Assembly: GCA_964519145.1 (NCBI GenBank)
Contig: CAZFHL010000001.1
Coordinates: forward strand, 682 to 64,681
Origin: an uncultured Candidatus Saccharibacteria bacterium
Lineage (GTDB): Bacteria > Patescibacteriota > Minisyncoccia > Phycocordibacterales > WO2-35-19
Length of the DNA stretch: 64,000 nt
Reading direction: 5' to 3'
Part shown: piece by piece, positions 57,853 through 64,000 of the stretch
Layout of the letters: the number at the start of each line of letters is the position of its first letter
How positions within the stretch are numbered: the stretch's first letter is position 1
Translations under genes and position numbers: made by a program
The notes under the pieces: generated by a model
The model's database searches: none
Told to the model about the DNA's origin: nothing
The model's input: the letters and a program-made list of their open reading frames with translations, nothing else

Positions 57853-58028
57853 AAGCCAGTCGTGTGCGGGGCAAGAGGAGGTTTGTCCCGCACCTCATAT
57901 TAGAATCAGATGTCTATGGTTTTGATAAGAGGTTATAAGTTAGCAGAGATTTTTGAAATAATTCTGAGTTCTAAAATGAACTTTAATGAAATGCTTCAAA
58001 AGTCTTTCTATAATAAAATCTTAATACT

Positions 58029-58065
58029 AAAACACAAAAGATGCCCAAAGCATCTTTTGTGTTTT
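58029..58065 (+). terminator. Rho-independent terminator
   Basis: aacacaaaagatgc-ccaaa-gcatcttttgtgtttt. Confidence 0.7.
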
Positions 58066-58173
58066 AATAAAAATGTAATATTTTCTATACAATATTTTTA
58101 AATAAATAATAGTTGACTTTTTAACTTTACTATTTTAGTCTTTTTTTAGTTAGTTCGTTGAAAAGGAGTGTGT

Positions 58174-58896
58174 ATGGATAAGCCTATATCTACAGATGAT
58201 GCTTTAGCTGATTATTTGAAACGTATTAGATGGAATACTAGATCTACAAGTTTGGATTGTGCTGACATTATGAAAGCAACAAGAGTTGAGCAATCAACAA
58301 TAAGAAGATGGTATATAGGAACATGTGGTCCACTTGGGGAATCTTTGGTCAGGGTTAGATATTTTTTACATTTAAATAAATATCCAATAAAGGAATTGTT
58401 GGAGTTAGATGATTCTATATATAATCTTGGTTGGTTAGTGTATTTTAATCATATAACAATAGGAAAAATTGCTGAGGAATTGGGTTTTGGTGGTACAGAA
58501 CCAAAACAGCCAGTTTTTAGAATGTTACATGGTGACGGCATTCTTGTAGATGAACGAGTTCCATTTCTAAAAGGTATTTTAGAGAGATTTGATAAACAAT
58601 TGGCTATTATTGGCCTATCACATAAACAAAAAGTAGATTTAGATCCAAAAGTAATAGCCGATTCTATTTTGAAAATCTGTGTTGATGCTGATGCTTTATC
58701 AAAAGAATTGGTTTATTTGATTGAAACAACAAATGTGGCTCCAAGAGATTCTGTAAGAGGGTTGCTTGGTAAAAAGAGTTTTATGGAGATTGGAAATAAT
58801 CTTTTCCATTTGTGCAGACAATTAAATGCTTTGTCTACTGAAAGAGCAAGACTTGAATATTTGGTTACTCATTCAAAACAAAAAGGAGGAAAATAA
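58174..58896 (+). CDS. hypothetical protein, upstream partner of the GHKL ATPase gene
   Basis: SD aaaggagtgtgtATG at 58174. The track uses GTG at 58168. 240 aa. Stop overlaps the start region of the next gene (4-bp gap). No domain recognised. Confidence 0.5.
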   Translation: MDKPISTDDALADYLKRIRWNTRSTSLDCADIMKATRVEQSTIRRWYIGTCGPLGESLVRVRYFLHLNKYPIKELLELDDSIYNLGWLVYFNHITIGKIAEELGFGGTEPKQPVFRMLHGDGILVDERVPFLKGILERFDKQLAIIGLSHKQKVDLDPKVIADSILKICVDADALSKELVYLIETTNVAPRDSVRGLLGKKSFMEIGNNLFHLCRQLNALSTERARLEYLVTHSKQKGGK

Positions 58897-58898
58897 TT

Positions 58899-60608
58899 AT
58901 GAATATTGGTACAAGTAGAATACAAGTCAATATCGGCAATGTATTAAAGATACTTGCTGATAAATATCCAACATTGCATGATATGTTGTTGGAATATATC
59001 CAAAATCCAATTGACGCTAATGCAAAACTTATAGAAATTGTTGTTAATTATAAGACTAGAAATATAATTATCACAGATAATGGAGACGGCTCTACTGTCG
59101 ATAGTTTTGAAGAAGCATTAATGCAAATATGCCATTCACAGAAATTAGATACAACTGAAAAGAGATTTGGAAAGTTTGGTATTGGTCTAGTTTCTGCTTA
59201 TGGTAAGTGTAAATATTTTACTTTTTGTACTATTCCAAAGTCTGGTGGTAGTTATGTAGAATGGACTTTTGATCCTGCAGAAATTGCTAAACAGAATACA
59301 AACGAAATTCCTAAGAAATTGGTATCCGGCAGGTTTAGTAGGGAAGATAAAGGTTCAGGTATCTATAATTGGAGAACAAGAGTTTATGTTCATGATTTTA
59401 TCAAAGATAAGACTAAATCTAGAATTAATTTAGAGTATTTGGAAAATCAAATTACAGCAAATTTTTCTGTTGTTATGAGGAAACGCGGAGTTTCTGTTTC
59501 AATTAAAGTTATCAATGAAAATGGAGATATTCAAGAAGTTTTAATTAAAGCGAGTGATTTCACTGGTAGACCTCTTGCATTATATAAAGCAGGTGGTGGG
59601 GATTCTGGTGATGTTTTATTTAAAATATACACTCTAGATACAAAGAGTGCTCCTAAAGGCAGAATACTTTTCTATGAAAGAGGTGATCCTTATGGAATGC
59701 CTTGTGCCGATTTACTTTCAAACACAAGAGATTTGCTTGATAAAGAAGTAGTGGAGGCTTTAAGTTGCGGTATTTTTGAAGGAGAAGTTCACGCTTCTAA
59801 TATTAAGATTGATGCTGGTAGAAGATTTTTTGTATTAGATGATGCTTTAGTTGATTTATGCTTAAAGTTAAATAAGTGGTATAGAGAAGTTGGATTCAAA
59901 TATGCAGACAGAGAAGTTGTAGCAGATAGAGAACAGAGACTTCAAGATCTTGGTAGAAGATCCATGGAATTTTTTTCACATATGGTTGATGATCCAAAAT
60001 TCCTTCATCTGAAAGAGGTTCTACAATCTTTTAAATTTGGAACAGTTGGCAAAGGTCATACTGATAAAACTGATATATCTGTTGGTAGACAAGCTTTTAA
60101 CACCTTAGCTACTAGTTCTATCCCTAGTAAACCAAAAAGTGATGGTTCAGTTGGTAGTATTTATGATAGGGGTAATGGAGAAGAACGACCTGGACATATG
60201 CCATTCCTTTCTGCTGGACCTAAGGGTTCAAAGAGGATAGTAGTTAAGAATGATTCTCAGGGGCTAATCTTAGTTTATAGCGATATGTTAGGAGAAGATG
60301 CTCCTTATCGTCTTGATCATAGAAAAGGGGAAATGCTGGTTAATACAAGACACCCATATTTTGGAATAGCCGAGAAAGATAATTCTATTTTGATGAGATA
60401 TATGGAAATTTGTATGATATATGCTTTAACAGCCCATACTTTTCCTGAAGAGCGTAGAGATGTTATGAATTTGGGTTTCTATGAATCTTTAAAATCCATG
60501 TTGTTTTGGCTTGAAAAGGCTGATGACTTGTCTGGTAGGAAGCCGGGCAGTGCACTAGCTAATTTTCACAAAAAGAAGAAGGCAGAAAAGGAAGCTAAGA
60601 AGAAGTAA
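58899..60608 (+). CDS. Hsp90/MORC-type GHKL (Bergerat-fold) ATPase domain protein with uncharacterised C-terminal 400 aa
   Basis: N-box EYIQNPIDANA. G1 box ITDNGDGST. G2 box GKFGIGLVSAYG. These motifs fall within the first 110 aa. No HisKA domain, so not a sensor kinase. C-terminal Lys-rich tail. Confidence 0.65.
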   Translation: MNIGTSRIQVNIGNVLKILADKYPTLHDMLLEYIQNPIDANAKLIEIVVNYKTRNIIITDNGDGSTVDSFEEALMQICHSQKLDTTEKRFGKFGIGLVSAYGKCKYFTFCTIPKSGGSYVEWTFDPAEIAKQNTNEIPKKLVSGRFSREDKGSGIYNWRTRVYVHDFIKDKTKSRINLEYLENQITANFSVVMRKRGVSVSIKVINENGDIQEVLIKASDFTGRPLALYKAGGGDSGDVLFKIYTLDTKSAPKGRILFYERGDPYGMPCADLLSNTRDLLDKEVVEALSCGIFEGEVHASNIKIDAGRRFFVLDDALVDLCLKLNKWYREVGFKYADREVVADREQRLQDLGRRSMEFFSHMVDDPKFLHLKEVLQSFKFGTVGKGHTDKTDISVGRQAFNTLATSSIPSKPKSDGSVGSIYDRGNGEERPGHMPFLSAGPKGSKRIVVKNDSQGLILVYSDMLGEDAPYRLDHRKGEMLVNTRHPYFGIAEKDNSILMRYMEICMIYALTAHTFPEERRDVMNLGFYESLKSMLFWLEKADDLSGRKPGSALANFHKKKKAEKEAKKK

Positions 60609-60616
60609 AATTTAAC

Positions 60617-60653
60617 AAAACCCCACAAGACTTTTAGTTTTGTGGGGTTTTTA
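60617..60653. terminator. bidirectional Rho-independent terminator
   Basis: aaaaccccacaa-gacttttagttt-tgtggggttttt. Confidence 0.75.
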
Positions 60654-60666
60654 TCTTATTATTTTT

Positions 60667-61185
60667 TTAAACCAAATCTTTTAGCAAAGCTCCTACTCCA
60701 TAAGCTACTAAAGCAGCGATTAGGCCAATTATGCAAGTTTGCACAGCTGTTTTTATAGAAGATCTATGAGATACCGAACCTCTGATAAGACCAATAATGA
60801 AAAATGTTATGAGTGTTAGTATTGAAGCCGTTTTAAATTCATTTGTTATAGATTCTGGTTTTAAATAACTTATTACATAAGAAATTAGTGGGATAGAACC
60901 AACTATAATAAATGAAAAGAAAGTAGCCAAAGCTGTTTTAAACGGGTTTCCATTGTGTTCCTCTCCGTCTGCCAATAGTTGATCACTATGAGATTCTTCT
61001 GATAGATAATTTGAAGATGCCATTGAAAATCCGTCTGCTAAAACATTTGAAAATCCTAATATAAGAACTATACCAGAATCTAGACTGGCTCCTGCTATCC
61101 CGGCTATTATGGCAAATGTGGTGACTGTGCCGTCTATTGAGCCATATACAAATTCTGGCAGATATTTTAAAAATTTATTTTTCAT
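60667..61185 (-). CDS. VIT1/CCC1-family (DUF125) iron/manganese transporter
   Basis: N-terminal ...VYGSIDGTVTTFAIIAGIAGA matches the VIT-family cytoplasmic helix region. Five transmembrane helices. Confidence 0.75.
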   Translation of the reverse strand: MKNKFLKYLPEFVYGSIDGTVTTFAIIAGIAGASLDSGIVLILGFSNVLADGFSMASSNYLSEESHSDQLLADGEEHNGNPFKTALATFFSFIIVGSIPLISYVISYLKPESITNEFKTASILTLITFFIIGLIRGSVSHRSSIKTAVQTCIIGLIAALVAYGVGALLKDLV

Positions 61186-61335
61186 TTTTATTTGTTATTT
61201 ATATAAAATAAAATTATAACACATTTAATTTATAAAAATATTTTTTCAATATTCAAAAAAATTTTATTTATAAATACATTGCTAAATATTTATAAATATG
61301 GTAAAGTTTTTTTAGAAAAAAGGAGAAAATAAAAA

Positions 61336-63126
61336 TTGGAAAAGAGTAATGAAAAAAGTGTTTATTCGTTAAATAAAGAAACTTTAAGGATATATTGGAT
61401 GCATTCTAAAAAATATCCTGGAATGGTTTTGTTGTCTATTTTTGGAGCGTTGCTAACTATCTTTGCAGATGTGGTTGCTCCAATAATTTACAAAGATTTC
61501 TTCGATTTGTTAACAGTTTCTCAAAAAAATAATACGGTTGTCTCAAATATATGGCAAAAAATGTATTTGATGATGGGTGTTGCTTTTGCTTCTTGGATTG
61601 GCGGGAGGATTTGTATTTATGGTGTTTCAAAATTTGAGATACTTGTAATGGCAGATTTGCCGAATTATTGTTTTGAATATCTTCATAGACATTCTCATCA
61701 ATTTTTTACTGGCAACTTTTCTGGATCTTTAGTAAAGAGGGTAAATAGATTTACTTCTGGTTTTGAAGTGATAGCAGATCAATGCATTTTACAATTGGGT
61801 CAAGTTGCAATTAGGATTTTACTTATCATTGTTGTTATTTTTTGGCAAAATACTCTAATAGGATTTATGTTTTTATTATGGGCTTTTTTGTTCATTATTT
61901 TCAATTTTTTCTTTGCTAAATGGAAGTTGAAATTTGATATATATAGAGCAGAACTTGATACTAAAACTACAGCGGTTCTTTCAGATACTATTGCAAACAA
62001 CATAAATATAAAATTATTCTCTGGTTTACATAGAGAATCTGCTTCATTTAAAGAGATTACCTCTAGATTGGCAAGTGCAAGATATAGATCTTGGAGGATG
62101 GGCGAATATTCAGATGCTGTTCAAGGAGTTTCTATTAGAGTCCTTGAATTTGTTATGTTGGCCAGTGCAATAAATTATTGGTTAAATGGTAGCATAACAG
62201 TTGGCGGTATCATTATGCTTAGATCATATATGTGGCAACTCGCTGATAGGATAAGAGAGATTGGTCAATCAGTTAGAAAAATATATGAAGCAATGGCTGA
62301 TTCAAATGAAATGACAGAAATATTGGTAAAACCTCATGAAATTTTAGATTCAGAAAATGCAAAAAGACTTGTGGTAAAAAATGGGAAGGTCGAATTTAAA
62401 AATGTCGGTTTTAATTACGGTGATCCTAGATATCCTATTTTTCAAAATTTTAATTTAAAAATAAGAAAAAATAGTAGAGTGGGAATTGTCGGTACTTCAG
62501 GTGGTGGCAAATCTACCTTAATTAAATTATTGACTAGACTTTATGATCTAAATTCAGGGAGTATTTTAATTGATGGGCAAGATATTAGAGAAGTGACTCA
62601 AAGTAGTTTAAATGAAAATATTGCTGTTGTTCCTCAAGACCCTGTATTGTTCCATAGGACACTCATGGAGAATATCAGATATTCAAGACCAGGTGCTACT
62701 GATGAAGAAGTAATAAGAGCTTCAAAGCTTGCACATTGTCATGAATTTATATCAAATTCACCTTCAGGATACAATACATTTGTAGGGGAAAGGGGTCTAA
62801 AGCTTTCTGGGGGTGAGCGTCAAAGAGTGGCTATTGCAAGAGCAATATTGATGAATCCTAAAATTATTGTTTTTGATGAAGCCACGAGTGCTCTTGATTC
62901 AGAATCTGAAAAGTTGATTCAAGATGCTATGTCAAAATTAATGGAAGGCAGAACTGTGATTGCTATTGCCCATAGACTTTCTACTATTTCTAAAATGGAT
63001 AACATTGTAGTTATTTCTCAAGGGAGAATCATAGAAGAAGGTAAGCATGAAAGTTTAATTGCAAGCGGAGGGCATTATTCAAAATTGTGGTCTTTGCAGT
63101 ATGGTGGTGATAAAATAATTTCTTAG
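61336..63126 (+). CDS. ABC exporter, fused permease/ATPase (MsbA-like), second paralog
   Basis: Walker A GTSGGGKST. LSGGERQR. Walker B IIVFDEATS. The C-terminus is about 55% identical to ORF 42830..44605. Confidence 0.85.
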   Translation: MEKSNEKSVYSLNKETLRIYWMHSKKYPGMVLLSIFGALLTIFADVVAPIIYKDFFDLLTVSQKNNTVVSNIWQKMYLMMGVAFASWIGGRICIYGVSKFEILVMADLPNYCFEYLHRHSHQFFTGNFSGSLVKRVNRFTSGFEVIADQCILQLGQVAIRILLIIVVIFWQNTLIGFMFLLWAFLFIIFNFFFAKWKLKFDIYRAELDTKTTAVLSDTIANNINIKLFSGLHRESASFKEITSRLASARYRSWRMGEYSDAVQGVSIRVLEFVMLASAINYWLNGSITVGGIIMLRSYMWQLADRIREIGQSVRKIYEAMADSNEMTEILVKPHEILDSENAKRLVVKNGKVEFKNVGFNYGDPRYPIFQNFNLKIRKNSRVGIVGTSGGGKSTLIKLLTRLYDLNSGSILIDGQDIREVTQSSLNENIAVVPQDPVLFHRTLMENIRYSRPGATDEEVIRASKLAHCHEFISNSPSGYNTFVGERGLKLSGGERQRVAIARAILMNPKIIVFDEATSALDSESEKLIQDAMSKLMEGRTVIAIAHRLSTISKMDNIVVISQGRIIEEGKHESLIASGGHYSKLWSLQYGGDKIIS

Positions 63127-63274
63127 TTTTAAAAAAGAGCGTAAATTTACGCTCTTTTTCTGTCTTATAAAATGTCATTATTTTAGACTAAACTTTTTTT
63201 GATTTGAAAATTTTTAAACTCAAATAGAAAATCCAAATTACATTAATTCAGATTTTTGTGATATATATTTATAT

Positions 63275-64000
63275 ATGAATATATCAATTGGTATAGTCGG
63301 TCTTCCAAATGTAGGAAAATCTACGCTTTTTAATGCTTTAACAAAAAAGAGTGTTCCGGCAGAAAATTATCCATTTTGTACTATAGATCCATCTATCGGC
63401 ATTATACCTGTACCAGATTTTAGGTTAGATAAATTAAATGAATTTTCAAAATCTAAAAAGAAAATTCCTGCTGTAGTAGAATTTGTAGATATAGCGGGTT
63501 TGGTAAAAGGAGCATCAAAAGGAGAAGGCAAAGGGAATGATTTTTTACAAAACATAAGAGAGTGCAATGCTATTGCTGAAGTTGTACGCATATTTGATGA
63601 TCAAAATATTTTACATGTAGAAGGAAAAGTAGATCCACTCTCTGACATAGAAACAATAAATTTAGAATTAATTTTAGCGGATTTACAAGTGGCTTCAAAA
63701 AGAGCATCTTCTTTAGAGAGAGATGTTAAAAAGGGAGATAAAGAGGCTATTATTTTATCTGAAGCTTTGACCAAAGTTATAGTATGTTTAGAAAGTGGAA
63801 AACTTGCATCGTCTGTTATTTTAGAAGAAAAAGAATTTGTGTCACTCAAACAGATGCAATTTTTGACAATGAAGCCTATTTTATATGTTTTAAATAAAAA
63901 AGCTGGTGGTAAAAATATGGACGAAATAAATGATGAAAGATGGATAAAACTTTTAGATTTTTTTCAAAAAACAAATTCTAAATATATTTTCGTTGATGCA
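63275..64000 (+). CDS. ychF: ribosome-binding ATPase YchF (Obg-family), 5' partial at window end
   Basis: ATG at 63275. GIVGLPNVGKSTLFNALT G1 motif. DIAGLVKGAS G3 motif. The ORF runs off the window, so it is missing from the ORF track. Confidence 0.85.
   Translation, partial: MNISIGIVGLPNVGKSTLFNALTKKSVPAENYPFCTIDPSIGIIPVPDFRLDKLNEFSKSKKKIPAVVEFVDIAGLVKGASKGEGKGNDFLQNIRECNAIAEVVRIFDDQNILHVEGKVDPLSDIETINLELILADLQVASKRASSLERDVKKGDKEAIILSEALTKVIVCLESGKLASSVILEEKEFVSLKQMQFLTMKPILYVLNKKAGGKNMDEINDERWIKLLDFFQKTNSKYIFVDA

Noticed and set aside
57506-57893. Minus-strand ORFs 57506..57739 and 57648..57893
   Set aside because: They fall in the GC-richer structured region, overlap each other and lack SDs. 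The + strand carries a consensus promoter, structured RNA and an SD-led small ORF instead.
1-64000. CRISPR arrays, rRNA genes, integrases/transposases
   Set aside because: No regularly spaced short direct repeats, no rRNA-like conserved stretches, and no integrase or transposase motifs were found. The interspersed repeats are non-coding and lack any transposase.

Overview
This is an AT-rich (about 30% GC) bacterial chromosomal segment, read directly from the sequence. Genes are compact and mostly on the + strand. Housekeeping content includes a csoR-copA copper efflux operon with accessory genes, pyrG, uppP, eno, gpm, adk, a short pyruvate kinase, rpsP-KH-trmD, rpoB-rpoC followed directly by dnaG-rpoD, typA, two MsbA-like ABC exporters, a DEAD-box helicase, mscL and a partial ychF. 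There are two tRNA-Gln genes (TTG and CTG). The small genes and truncated enzymes suggest a reduced-genome, possibly Patescibacteria/CPR-like, organism; this is inference. Stand-out items: (1) A complete diversity-generating retroelement at about 46.97-49.66 kb. Its target gene is about 60% GC and carries a C-terminal variable repeat. The template repeat has 15 adenine-specific mismatches to it. The avd-like gene is inverted, and the reverse transcriptase carries the IGNLTSQ signature. (2) Seven copies of a roughly 125-bp structured interspersed repeat, all at the 3' ends of genes. (3) Two paralogous small-ORF 3' regions with minimal type III hammerhead-like motifs flanking a TspO/lipoprotein islet. 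(4) A chromosomal NAMPT-HAD-Prs-Nudix cluster resembling NAD salvage or NARP1. (5) An atypical CCA-encoding tRNA-like element with its own terminator. (6) A GC-richer islet (57.0-60.6 kb) with a promoter-driven structured leader, a small ORF and a two-gene module encoding an Hsp90/MORC-type GHKL ATPase. This is a candidate novel system. No rRNA or CRISPR array was seen.
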